A stretch of 64,000 nt of DNA from an uncultured Lachnospiraceae bacterium. Its GTDB lineage: Bacteria; Bacillota; Clostridia; Lachnospirales; Lachnospiraceae. Each line of letters starts with the position of its first letter. Positions within the stretch are counted from its first letter, which is position 1. The notes beneath the pieces were generated by a model, which was not told where the DNA came from, did not search any database, and saw only the letters and a program-made list of their open reading frames with translations. The position numbers were made by a program, and so were the translations under genes. Positions 46,413 to 55,298 of the stretch are shown here, piece by piece. The stretch is taken from positions 30,786-94,785 of the forward strand of contig CAMOSN010000002.1 of the NCBI GenBank assembly GCA_946624935.1, read 5' to 3'.

Positions 46413-46453
46413 ACCGGGCAGTTGACGAAATGTCGGCTGCCCGGTATTTCTTT
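46413..46453. terminator. bidirectional terminator between ctc and the convergent HAD gene
   Basis: accgggcag / ctgcccggt stem flanked by aaaaag upstream and atttcttt downstream. Confidence 0.65.
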
Positions 46454-46509
46454 GCTTCATTGCAATGCATCTACAATTATTCCCAGGGCGTTGAAGACGC
46501 GGTGTTCAC

Positions 46510-47775
46510 TCACTGTGAAGTGAAATTCGTGACGAATGAAGTCTTGGGAGAAAGGATAAACCGTCTTGTTTCTTCGATGATTCTGCGCAGATTTTCGATA
46601 TCTCTTCCGGCATTGCCTGTTTCCAGGGAATGATTTGCATCGTTGATTATATGACAGGGATGCCCCTTTTCTGCCGCGATCTGCGGTATTTTGCTGTTCG
46701 CCCTCCCGACCCAGGGATCATTTGATCCCGTAAAAACGATCGCATTCTTTGCGGGAAAACGAAATGTTTCTTCCAAAGGTGTATAAAACACGAACCGGAT
46801 ACGATCCCCCATTCCCTGATCAGCAGCTATTCTGGCTGCCACAATCGTTCCGATGCTTTTCCCTACAAAAAGGATCTCGTCATAGGAAGCCAGATCCGTA
46901 TCCGAAAGCATCTCCTCCGTCTGGGTCAGAGCGATCTGAAAGGATTCAAGCATCCGCTTGTCATCTCCCTGAATCTTGGGAGGAAAACCCTGATATGGAA
47001 GCAGCTTTGTCTCATAGCCCTGTTCCACTGCGATTTTTCTGCTGTAATACAACAATGGTTTGTCCACAGTATATCCGATCCCTGGAAAGAACACGGCCAG
47101 CTTTTTCTTTTCCCCTGGCTGTGGGAATCTCCGGTCACTTTGCTGTAACAATTCCTGGTCATTTTGCTGCGACAGTATCCTATCCAGCTTGCAGCGCAGC
47201 TCCTGCATGTCCCCATGGAACACAATCCCCTGCATCCCCGCATTATAAGCTGCTTCAATGTTCGCAGTCACGTCATCGATGAACACACACTCCGACGGGT
47301 TTACTCCGAACTTTTCGACAGCCCTCTGGTAGATTTCCGGCTGCGGCTTGATCACGCCCTCGAAGGCGCTGACGCACAGATCATCGAAATACGCACTGCC
47401 CGGTACCTTCTGCCAGTAATCCGGCACATCCACCGCTGCATTGGAGAGCAGATAGATGTGATATCCTTTTTCTTTCAAGTCCCGGACCAGTTCCGCCATT
47501 CCCTCCACCGGAAGGATATCCTCATGCCAGCGGCACACAAGGCCCTCTACGGCTCCCTGCAGCTTCGATGGCACTCTCCCGCAAACGATCTGAGCTGTCT
47601 GCGGCGGAGTCAGCGTCCCCCGGTCCTGCATGATCCATTCACGGCTCAGAAAGGTCTCCCGCACGAGCATGGTTCTCTCTTCCGGAGTGCAGTCTCTGGC
47701 ATGTCTGTTCAGAAACACTTCCCGGTCGAAACGGATCAGCACGCCGCCCATATCAAAGATAATATTTTTAATCAA
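46510..47775 (-). CDS. HAD-family hydrolase fused to an alpha/beta-hydrolase-like domain
   Basis: N-terminal HAD motif I IIFDMGGVLI and motifs LLSNA and FIDD. The C-terminal half has LFVGKSIGT (GxSxG-like) and a DANHSLE tail. Confidence 0.7.
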   Translation of the reverse strand: MIKNIIFDMGGVLIRFDREVFLNRHARDCTPEERTMLVRETFLSREWIMQDRGTLTPPQTAQIVCGRVPSKLQGAVEGLVCRWHEDILPVEGMAELVRDLKEKGYHIYLLSNAAVDVPDYWQKVPGSAYFDDLCVSAFEGVIKPQPEIYQRAVEKFGVNPSECVFIDDVTANIEAAYNAGMQGIVFHGDMQELRCKLDRILSQQNDQELLQQSDRRFPQPGEKKKLAVFFPGIGYTVDKPLLYYSRKIAVEQGYETKLLPYQGFPPKIQGDDKRMLESFQIALTQTEEMLSDTDLASYDEILFVGKSIGTIVAARIAADQGMGDRIRFVFYTPLEETFRFPAKNAIVFTGSNDPWVGRANSKIPQIAAEKGHPCHIINDANHSLETGNAGRDIENLRRIIEETRRFILSPKTSFVTNFTSQ

Positions 47776-47848
47776 AGTCCATCCTCCCGTCTGTAAACCG
47801 ATACTCTATTGTCCAATAATGATAACCCGAAAAGAGTCAAAGGGACGA

Positions 47849-48250
47849 TTACAGACTTTGCACGGTCTTCTCAATTTCCTCAACCACCATTATATCCGCC
47901 GGAAGCCAGTTCACCTGCCTCAAAGCATCGATGGGAAGCCACTTGGCCGCTTCATGCTCCAGAAGCGTCAGATGGCCTTCCTCAACGTGACACCAGAAGC
48001 AGTCCATCGACAGATGGAATTGTGGATAATCATATTCGACGGTAAGCAGGAATTCATCCACGCCGATCCGGGTCTTCAATTCTTCTTCGATTTCCCGGAT
48101 CAGCGCTTCCTGCGGCGTTTCCTCCGGCTCAACCTTGCCTCCGGGAAATTCCCACCAGTCCTTGTAGTCTCCATAGCCTCTCTGCGTGGCGAACACCTGG
48201 TCCCCATTACGGATCACAGCAGCCACGACCCTGACGATTTTTCGTTCCAT
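47849..48250 (-). CDS. NUDIX hydrolase (MutT-like)
   Basis: Nudix box WEFPGGKVEPEETPQEALIREIEEEL. ATG 48250 is preferred over 48271. Confidence 0.85.
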   Translation of the reverse strand: MERKIVRVVAAVIRNGDQVFATQRGYGDYKDWWEFPGGKVEPEETPQEALIREIEEELKTRIGVDEFLLTVEYDYPQFHLSMDCFWCHVEEGHLTLLEHEAAKWLPIDALRQVNWLPADIMVVEEIEKTVQSL

Positions 48251-48340
48251 GTTATTCTTCTCTATGCACATCCCGAATCTGTTTTCCCGGCAGCCGTTCC
48301 AGATCGTTCTTTATGTCAGGATGTTCGGTTTCATACCGGC

Positions 48341-49117
48341 TTACAGTTCTCCCAGTATCTTTCCGATACTGTCATGAAAAACCAGATCCGCCTTTCCTTC
48401 CATTTTTGTTTTTCCCTTGTTAATGATGATCAGATGCTTTCCGTGATAGGAATGCGCCAGCCCTGCAGCGGATCCTACCTCCAGAGAGGTACCGCCAATG
48501 ATCAGGCAGTCCGCAAATTGAATCAGACGGACCGCATTCTCATATGCCGGATCCGGCAGCAGCTCCCCGTACAGGGTAACATCCGGGCGAACCATTCTTC
48601 CGCACGAAGGACATTTCGGAACCGGATCACTGCTTTCAAATATAAAATCCGGCCCGTAATCTTTCCGGCAGGAAACGCAGTAACTGCGAAGCGCGCTTCC
48701 GTGGATCTCCTGCACGTTTCGGCTTCCGGCCTTCTGATGCAGGCCGTCTATGTTCTGGGTAATGACCCCTTCCAGCTTCCCGTCCTTTTCCATCTGTGCC
48801 AGCTTTATATGCGCCGCATTCGGCCGAATATTTCTGGCATCAAGATTTTTGCGGAAATAGGCAAAGAAAACCTCCGGTTCCCGGTGAAGGCACTGGTCGC
48901 TGAGTAAATACTCCGGCCGATATCCGGAAAATTTTTTATCCGTCTTCCGATACAGACCATCCCTGCTTCTGAAATCCGGGATGCCACTCTCCGTAGAAAC
49001 ACCGGCTCCGCCGAGGAACACAATGCTGGAAGATTTCGAAATGATCTCCCGGAATTGCTCGATTTTTTCTTCCTCCGGAATACTCTTCCGGAAAAACAGT
49101 TTTTTCTTCATTTTCAA
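48341..49117 (-). CDS. cobB: NAD-dependent protein deacylase (sirtuin, CobB-like)
   Basis: GAGVSTESGIPDFRS, TQNIDGLH, HG, and Zn ribbon CVSC..CPSCG. Confidence 0.9.
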   Translation of the reverse strand: MKMKKKLFFRKSIPEEEKIEQFREIISKSSSIVFLGGAGVSTESGIPDFRSRDGLYRKTDKKFSGYRPEYLLSDQCLHREPEVFFAYFRKNLDARNIRPNAAHIKLAQMEKDGKLEGVITQNIDGLHQKAGSRNVQEIHGSALRSYCVSCRKDYGPDFIFESSDPVPKCPSCGRMVRPDVTLYGELLPDPAYENAVRLIQFADCLIIGGTSLEVGSAAGLAHSYHGKHLIIINKGKTKMEGKADLVFHDSIGKILGEL

Positions 49118-49179
49118 ACAGCCAGAAGCTGCCCCTTCTTACGCCCGGACATTTGAATACTATGGTCTGATACAAACCA

Positions 49180-52100
49180 TCACTCCAGCAGATCCGTGAT
49201 CGTCTCCAGCATTTTCGGAATATCATATGGCTTTGCAAGATGCCCGTTCATACCGGATTCCAATGCAAGCTTACGGTCTTCCTCGAAGGCATTTGCTGTA
49301 ACGGCGATGATCGGAAGCTCCGCCTTTTCGCGGTCTTCCAAAGAACGGATCAGACGTGCTGCCTGATACCCGTCCATAACAGGCATCTGAATATCCATCA
49401 GGATAATATCATATGTTCCCGCGGGCGATTCATCGATCAGTCTTACGGCCTCTTCCCCATTGTTGGCAATTACAACATCCAGACCAAACTCCGTGAGAAT
49501 CGCCTGCGCAATCATCTGGTTCATTTCATTGTCTTCCGCCAGCAGAACCTTCTTACCTGTGAAATCAGCTTTCTTTTCCTCCGGTTCTTTTTCACCCGCG
49601 CCGGACTGGAAAGGTGCAGACAGCACGCTGCGAAGCTCCGACAGGAAAACAGGCTTGGAACAGAACGCTGTAACGCCCGCCTCCAGAGCTTCTTTTTCAA
49701 TATCCGACCAGTCGTATGCCGTCAGAATAATGATCGGTACACCTTCCGCGTTGATTTTCCTGATTCTACGCACCACCTCGATCCCGTTCATGTCAGGCAT
49801 CTGCCAGTCTATGATATAAGCATCGAAAGCATCTTCCTGTTCCAGGGCTTCTTTGCTGCGGATCGCAGCCTCCTTCCCGGAACTCGTCCAGTCAGATCTC
49901 ATGCCGAGTTTTCGCAGCATGGAACATATAGACAGGCAGCTGTCCGTATCGTCATCCACTACCAGTGCCCGCTGCCCCTGGAGCTCAGGCACACTTTCAC
50001 TTCCGGGCAGATTATTGCTCAGGCGGCAGGGAATGGTTACAATGAACTCCGTTCCCTTCCCTTCTTCGCTGTTGACGGAAATAGTGCCTCCCATCATATC
50101 CACGATGCTCTTGGTAATCGCCATTCCAAGACCTGTTCCCTGGATGCCGCTGACCGTACTGGTCTTCTCACGTGTGAATGCTTCAAAGATCGTCTTCTGA
50201 AATTCCCGGGTCATGCCGATACCCGTATCTTTAATGCGGAATTCAAACACAGCATGCTCGGGAATCGGAGAATTCTTTTCCGTTATACTGAAGCTGATCG
50301 TGCCGCCGTTGGGAGTAAATTTGATTGCGTTGGACAGAATGTTCAGGAACACCTGGTTCATGCGCAGTTTATCAATGATAATATTCTCGTTGACGACATT
50401 CTGTGTTTCAATATTGAGGTTCAACTGTTTGGCAGACACATTCGCATGAATAATGGTCCGCAGATCATGAATCAGGTCGGGCAGATGAACCTCCGACTCA
50501 TCCATTGTCATTTTACCGCTTTCGATCCGGCTCATATCCAGCACATCATTAATCAGTGACAGCAGATGCTGACTCGATACCGTGATCTTGCTCAGATAAT
50601 CCTGAACCTCTTCCTTGTTGTCAATATGAGATGTAGCCAGTGCCGTAAATCCGACAATCGCGTTCATAGGGGTACGAATGTCATGCGACATATTGTTCAG
50701 GAAGGTGGTCTTGGCCTTGTTGGCATGTTCTGCCGCAACCAGTGCATTTGCCAGAGCATCCCTCTGGTTACGATCCTCACGGACCGATTCTGTTACATCA
50801 CTATAATACCCGCGCAGGCTCTGTTTCCCATTTTCATCGGCCACCACGGTACCGCCAAAGCGCGTATACATCTCATGACCATCCGGATGGATCCAGAGGT
50901 TGATGCACTCGGACAGTTTTCCAGAAAGCATCTCCTCAATTCGTTTCATCACGCCCGGTCTTTCCGATTCCGGAACATGCGAATACCATGCATCATAGAT
51001 TTCTTCCTCTGACAGATCCTGTCCGGCAATTCCGAGGAGTTCCTTCATTTTGGCATTTGCACGCAGCCGGGATGCTTTCCCTTCCTCCAGTGTCATATGC
51101 CACATACCAAAGCCGGCATCGGCCATAATGCCATCCGTATCCGCCAGCTCCTGCTTACTGTATTCGAGTTCACGTTTCTGCTCTTCCTGCTCCAGCTGTT
51201 CGAGACGGACTTCTGTCGTGTCTGTTTTCAAAACAATACAGTATTCCGATTCCGGATCAACCGAATAGAAGTCAAAGCGCTTGTAAAAATGACCGTCCTC
51301 CATGTCCACTTCAATATCTACCGAATACGGCTCCTTGATTTTGAACATTTCAAATACGGTTTTCAGGTCCATCGCTTCACGGATTCTCTGCCGATACGCT
51401 TCATCTTCCGGCAGCGCGGGAATGATCTGCGTCTCCAGATATTCCCGGTAAGAGCCATGTTTGACCTTTGGGAAGATGTTTCCATGGGCAATCATACTGG
51501 CGTCACCGATGGCTACGTCGTAAATGTCACGTGCGATGTACGCCACCAGATCAAACTGCTTGGCAAGGATCTTGCCGTTAATGGTGGTAGCCAGCTTCTC
51601 CGGGTTATTCGATTCCTCCGTAATAAAGGCAACAAGATTTCCGGACATCGGATGCCGGGTGACATTGGCAGTAATCTTCACATAAAAAACGGCGTTGTTC
51701 GGAAGCCGGGAATAGAGCACCTTACTCACTGCTACTACGCCGTCCATGTAGGATTTTGTCAGTGCGCCAATACTGAATGTGGCAAGAAACAGGTCCCGTT
51801 CCTCCGCGATCGGCAGATAGGACGACCGTACTGCAAGATATTCAGAATAGGTCCTCTGACCGCCTTCAGGAATAAAATTTGAAGTGCCATTTGCTTCTTC
51901 CACGTAGTTTTCTGTCAGGTTGGCACGTACGCGCGCAAGCAGATCATCGTTGGTTTGATGAAAGCTTTCGCCCAGGCTGGTATAAACGCTCTGCAGCTGC
52001 TCCTCATACTTCTTCCAACGGGTAATATCTGCAAACGTTGCGTAAATATAGTGCTTTTTGTAATCATCAATGAATGCAAAGTGGATCGTACACCAGATCA

Positions 52101-52434
52101 GATTTCCTTTCCGGGTGATCCGGCGAATGGTAATGTCAAGTTCTCTGTCTGCGTTGACATGATTTTCCAGGATATCCCGAAGGATCGGGCGATCTTCCGG
52201 CCAGGTATTTGCAAGCAGATGATCTCCGTCCATTAGCTCCAGCGCTTCTTCCTGTGTTTCGCACTCCATCAGCGTCACAAATGACGGTGTGACATACTCG
52301 GCAGTAAGGCTGCCGTCATCATTTTGTCCAAACAGACAGGCAATGTTATTTACCTGGTATACGACCTGCAGGAAATTCTGAATTGCCTCATTTTCTTCAG
52401 AACGGTTTGCGATTGGTATGTCCCGATATTGCAT
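49180..52434 (-). CDS. hybrid sensor histidine kinase with PAS-like domains and two receiver domains
   Basis: H-box MSHDIRTPMNAI, HATPase (GTGLGMAI), and two REC domains (LVVDDD..IIDWQMPDMNG; LLAEDN..ILMDIQMPVMDG). 1084 aa. Confidence 0.9.
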   Translation of the reverse strand: MQYRDIPIANRSEENEAIQNFLQVVYQVNNIACLFGQNDDGSLTAEYVTPSFVTLMECETQEEALELMDGDHLLANTWPEDRPILRDILENHVNADRELDITIRRITRKGNLIWCTIHFAFIDDYKKHYIYATFADITRWKKYEEQLQSVYTSLGESFHQTNDDLLARVRANLTENYVEEANGTSNFIPEGGQRTYSEYLAVRSSYLPIAEERDLFLATFSIGALTKSYMDGVVAVSKVLYSRLPNNAVFYVKITANVTRHPMSGNLVAFITEESNNPEKLATTINGKILAKQFDLVAYIARDIYDVAIGDASMIAHGNIFPKVKHGSYREYLETQIIPALPEDEAYRQRIREAMDLKTVFEMFKIKEPYSVDIEVDMEDGHFYKRFDFYSVDPESEYCIVLKTDTTEVRLEQLEQEEQKRELEYSKQELADTDGIMADAGFGMWHMTLEEGKASRLRANAKMKELLGIAGQDLSEEEIYDAWYSHVPESERPGVMKRIEEMLSGKLSECINLWIHPDGHEMYTRFGGTVVADENGKQSLRGYYSDVTESVREDRNQRDALANALVAAEHANKAKTTFLNNMSHDIRTPMNAIVGFTALATSHIDNKEEVQDYLSKITVSSQHLLSLINDVLDMSRIESGKMTMDESEVHLPDLIHDLRTIIHANVSAKQLNLNIETQNVVNENIIIDKLRMNQVFLNILSNAIKFTPNGGTISFSITEKNSPIPEHAVFEFRIKDTGIGMTREFQKTIFEAFTREKTSTVSGIQGTGLGMAITKSIVDMMGGTISVNSEEGKGTEFIVTIPCRLSNNLPGSESVPELQGQRALVVDDDTDSCLSICSMLRKLGMRSDWTSSGKEAAIRSKEALEQEDAFDAYIIDWQMPDMNGIEVVRRIRKINAEGVPIIILTAYDWSDIEKEALEAGVTAFCSKPVFLSELRSVLSAPFQSGAGEKEPEEKKADFTGKKVLLAEDNEMNQMIAQAILTEFGLDVVIANNGEEAVRLIDESPAGTYDIILMDIQMPVMDGYQAARLIRSLEDREKAELPIIAVTANAFEEDRKLALESGMNGHLAKPYDIPKMLETITDLLE

Positions 52435-52469
52435 TGTTTTTGCTCCCTTCCTGTTGAGAAGAACCCCTT

Positions 52470-52982
52470 CTACTCTTCTTCCCCAAACAATAATCCTGTG
52501 ATGCCTTTTACGATCTCCTTGGTTGACTGGCTGCCAGTACCAAAACCTTCTCTGAAAACGTAATCCATTGCATCATAGAATATCGTAAGATTTTCTTTTT
52601 TAAACTCAGCTTTCAGATATTCCTCGCTTTTATTAATATTCTTACTCATTTCTGTGAAATCCTCATAACTGTCAAAAAGGAATTCATGCCATTCGGGTCC
52701 GAGGAGGTTATCCGTATACGTATTCTCGAATTCTCGAAGACCCCTGCAGACATCCAGAGGAATATCCATGTAATAATACTTTACCAGACTTCTGGTTTCA
52801 TCATGGTAAGCTCTCAACTTGGCGATGTCATCATCGCTGAGTGAATCTATGTCATCAAAGTATCTCTCATATAGAAGCATATATCTGGTATAGATACTGC
52901 GAAGGACCGTATCTAATTCTTCTTTTTTCGTAGTCTCTTCATGCAGGATTCGCTTGATTCTTTCATTACTTAATTCTATCAT
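52470..52982 (-). CDS. hypothetical protein (acidic, helical), first gene upstream of the hybrid kinase
   Basis: 170-aa ORF with no recognisable motif. 35-nt gap to the kinase gene. Confidence 0.45.
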   Translation of the reverse strand: MIELSNERIKRILHEETTKKEELDTVLRSIYTRYMLLYERYFDDIDSLSDDDIAKLRAYHDETRSLVKYYYMDIPLDVCRGLREFENTYTDNLLGPEWHEFLFDSYEDFTEMSKNINKSEEYLKAEFKKENLTIFYDAMDYVFREGFGTGSQSTKEIVKGITGLLFGEEE

Positions 52983-53137
52983 ACCTGTCCTCCTCCATCT
53001 GCTCCCATATTAAATAGATTAGCAAAAAGCCCCTGCTTTCCGCAAGTTCATAATTAATTAATTATAATAATGTGAAAGCCTGGATGAATAGTAAAATACC
53101 GGGAGCCTGGAGCGAGGTTCCCGGTATAAGCCAGCGA

Positions 53138-54871
53138 TTATTTGATGATCCTGACTTTCTTTCCGATCCCTTTCTTTTTCAGAAGCTTCGTGTAAGCCTT
53201 AAGCTTCGCTTTCGGTACCTTAATCGCAGCTTTTGCATAAATGCCTTTAAAGGTATTTGTGCCGACTGTTTTGGATGTGAGTTTGCTGCTCTTAATTACA
53301 ATTGTTTTCAGCTTCGCACATTTAAGGAACGCGTTCTTCCCGATTGTTTTGACCTTTGCGTACAATGTAATCTTTGCTAATAATTTACATCCCTGGAAGG
53401 CTCCGGCTCCGATTTTCGTCAAACCCTTCCCCCCACTTACGGTCTTCAGCTTCACGCAACCATAAAATGCATTTTTCCCGATCGACCCAACATTTTTTCC
53501 GATTGTAACAGCCGACAGCTTTTTCAGCCCCCTGCATGCCCCGGTACCAATTGCGGTTACCTTGTAGGAGGTATGGTTCGCCTTTACAGCAGCAGGTATC
53601 ACCAGCTTTGTGATGTTTCTGTTCCGGGTCCCTGTCAACGTCGCCGTTTTTTTCGACAGATTCAGTTTATATTTTCCATTCCCGGTCACCACACTCTTCA
53701 CCGTATCCGTTGACGTCGTGTTCTGTTTGGAAGGATCATCCTTTGAGGTCGTGTTCTGTTCGGAAGGATCATCCTTTTCCTGTGTGCCTTCTTCTGACTG
53801 TGCAGAGGATGGTGAAGCGCCTTCAGGCATGGCAAGCGCTCCTGCAACCACTGTCAGCGGATCGTCGACATATCCTACACTGTAGTATACAAAAGCATTC
53901 TGCGCATTTTTCAGAAATACGACCGGGAATATCACAGAATTTCCCTTATGGCCGCACGCACTGAGCCCTTCCCACATACTGTAGTCACTGTCGGTGATCT
54001 TTGTACTTACGATTCCCGGATAGCTGCTTTCCATCTGCTTTATTTCACTGGTACTCGGATTGTCAAACAGCGCCAGCAGGGTGATCACATTTTTTTCTTT
54101 CAGTTTGTTGATGTACGGCTTAATGGTATTTAAAAACATGAGGGTATTTCCGCAGGTCGTACGTCCGTAAACCATCAGAAGCTTCTTCCCATTTCCATAT
54201 CCAGCCTTAGTCAACAGCTTGCCACTGCTTGTCTCCAAAGAGAAATCCGGAGCTTCCACTCGAAGCTTCATCGCCACAGGATCCGGCAATATCTCTTCAT
54301 CCGAAAAACGCGCTTCTATCAACGCAGTACTTTCCAAATCCGGTGAATGATCCTCCAGCATGACCCGATTGCTTACCATAAAATATACATGCTGCTCGTC
54401 ACCTGACTTCGGTTTGCTGCTGTCCGGATTATCCGGATTGACCGGATCATCCCATGTCACGTCAACATGGCTCCATTTACCGTCAATTTTAACTGCGTTC
54501 CAGGTATGTGATTCTGTTCGACCATCCGATGTCACTGCGTGCCCGGTGAGCCTGACGTTTTCAATCCCCACCCGGTCGAGAAGAAGCTGATAAGCTTTAC
54601 TATAACTGTCGCAGACGCCGGTACCATACAGCAGTACGCCATCTGCTTCATAATGTGAGAAAGTCAGATCATAGAATGCATGATCGGTCAGGTAATCGTG
54701 CAGTACCAGCGCCTGATCCTTTTCACTCATACCGTCACGAATCACTTCCGATATGATCTGATCGACCTTCTGATTGACTGTCAGCGTCTCTTCTGCACCA
54801 AATACTCCTGTCATCAGCAGAATACTGAAAATGATGCATATAATATGCATACAGCGTTCTTTTCCTTTCAT
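53138..54871 (-). CDS. secreted multidomain protein: transglutaminase-like core, thioredoxin-fold (degenerate CxxC), Ser/Thr/Asp-rich linker, BspA-type leucine-rich repeats
   Basis: Signal peptide. GVCDSYSKAY..HTWNAVKIDGKWSHVDVTWDD gives the Cys-His-Asp transglutaminase core. GRTTCGNT sits in a TlpA-like segment. C-terminal repeats are of the type IGKNAFYGCVKLKTV / IGAGAFQGCKLLAKI. The ORF-track TTG start (54886) is actually the GAGGAGG RBS for ATG 54871. Confidence 0.7.
   Translation of the reverse strand: MKGKERCMHIICIIFSILLMTGVFGAEETLTVNQKVDQIISEVIRDGMSEKDQALVLHDYLTDHAFYDLTFSHYEADGVLLYGTGVCDSYSKAYQLLLDRVGIENVRLTGHAVTSDGRTESHTWNAVKIDGKWSHVDVTWDDPVNPDNPDSSKPKSGDEQHVYFMVSNRVMLEDHSPDLESTALIEARFSDEEILPDPVAMKLRVEAPDFSLETSSGKLLTKAGYGNGKKLLMVYGRTTCGNTLMFLNTIKPYINKLKEKNVITLLALFDNPSTSEIKQMESSYPGIVSTKITDSDYSMWEGLSACGHKGNSVIFPVVFLKNAQNAFVYYSVGYVDDPLTVVAGALAMPEGASPSSAQSEEGTQEKDDPSEQNTTSKDDPSKQNTTSTDTVKSVVTGNGKYKLNLSKKTATLTGTRNRNITKLVIPAAVKANHTSYKVTAIGTGACRGLKKLSAVTIGKNVGSIGKNAFYGCVKLKTVSGGKGLTKIGAGAFQGCKLLAKITLYAKVKTIGKNAFLKCAKLKTIVIKSSKLTSKTVGTNTFKGIYAKAAIKVPKAKLKAYTKLLKKKGIGKKVRIIK
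53715..53780. repeat. 2 x 33-bp tandem repeat inside the linker of the multidomain protein
   Basis: gtcgtgttctgtttggaaggatcatcctttgag / gtcgtgttctgttcggaaggatcatccttttcc, matching except at 5 positions by eye. Encodes KDDPS(E/K)QNTTS twice on the minus strand. Confidence 0.8.
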
Positions 54872-54956
54872 GATCACCCTCCTCAATAGAAAGTTCAGAG
54901 CCTGCCAGCTTCATGTTTTCTGTATGGTCTCTTTTCTATGTGTTCTATTATACCAT

Positions 54957-55220
54957 CTATCTGTCATTATAAAGCCTGAAAAATATAATCACAGCAAATA
55001 AATTTTTACACAAAAGGATGTTGGAGACCAGACCACTCAGGCGCACCGCTGCGCCGAAGACCGCTCTCGCATATTCTTTGCGCTCTGCCTGCGAAATAGC
55101 ATCCGGTTCCAGCATGCGTATGTCATCCTTTGCCGTCATAAACAGAATCGGAATCTCGTTGTTCAGGAAGGTATTATACAGATCATATGGTAATGATTTG
55201 TTTCCATTATCTGCAACTGC
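54957..55220 (-). pseudogene. fused remnant of a two-component system (receiver fragment joined to a HisKA fragment)
   Basis: The open frame reads AVADNGNKSLPYDLYNTFLNNEIPILFMTAKDDI (receiver-like), then directly RMLEPDAISQAERKEYARAVFGAAVRLSGLVSNILL (kinase dimerisation-helix-like, no H-box), then junk and a stop. Confidence 0.35.
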
Positions 55221-55298
55221 CTACCTTTTTACTGGCAAAGATACGCTGAAAGTACTATTATAAGCATAAATCCAAACGAGAGAGGAAGCAAAACAGAT

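Noticed and set aside
48341-49117. SIR2-domain protein as a phage-defence effector (Thoeris ThsA, DSR or SIR2-HerA type)
   Set aside because: It is a short (258 aa) canonical sirtuin with the GAGVSTESGIPDFRS motif, a Zn ribbon and the catalytic His. It has no SLOG, TIR, HerA, helicase or other partner genes, so it is a housekeeping CobB-like deacylase.
47164-50559. Plus-strand ORFs of 210, 425 and 439 aa
   Set aside because: They are antisense to the HAD, Nudix, sirtuin and hybrid kinase genes, and their products lack motifs.
53715-53780. Tandem 33-bp repeat as a possible CRISPR or minisatellite element
   Set aside because: There are only two copies, with no spacers, and they lie inside a coding linker that encodes KDDPSxQNTTS twice. 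It is a coding repeat, not a CRISPR array.
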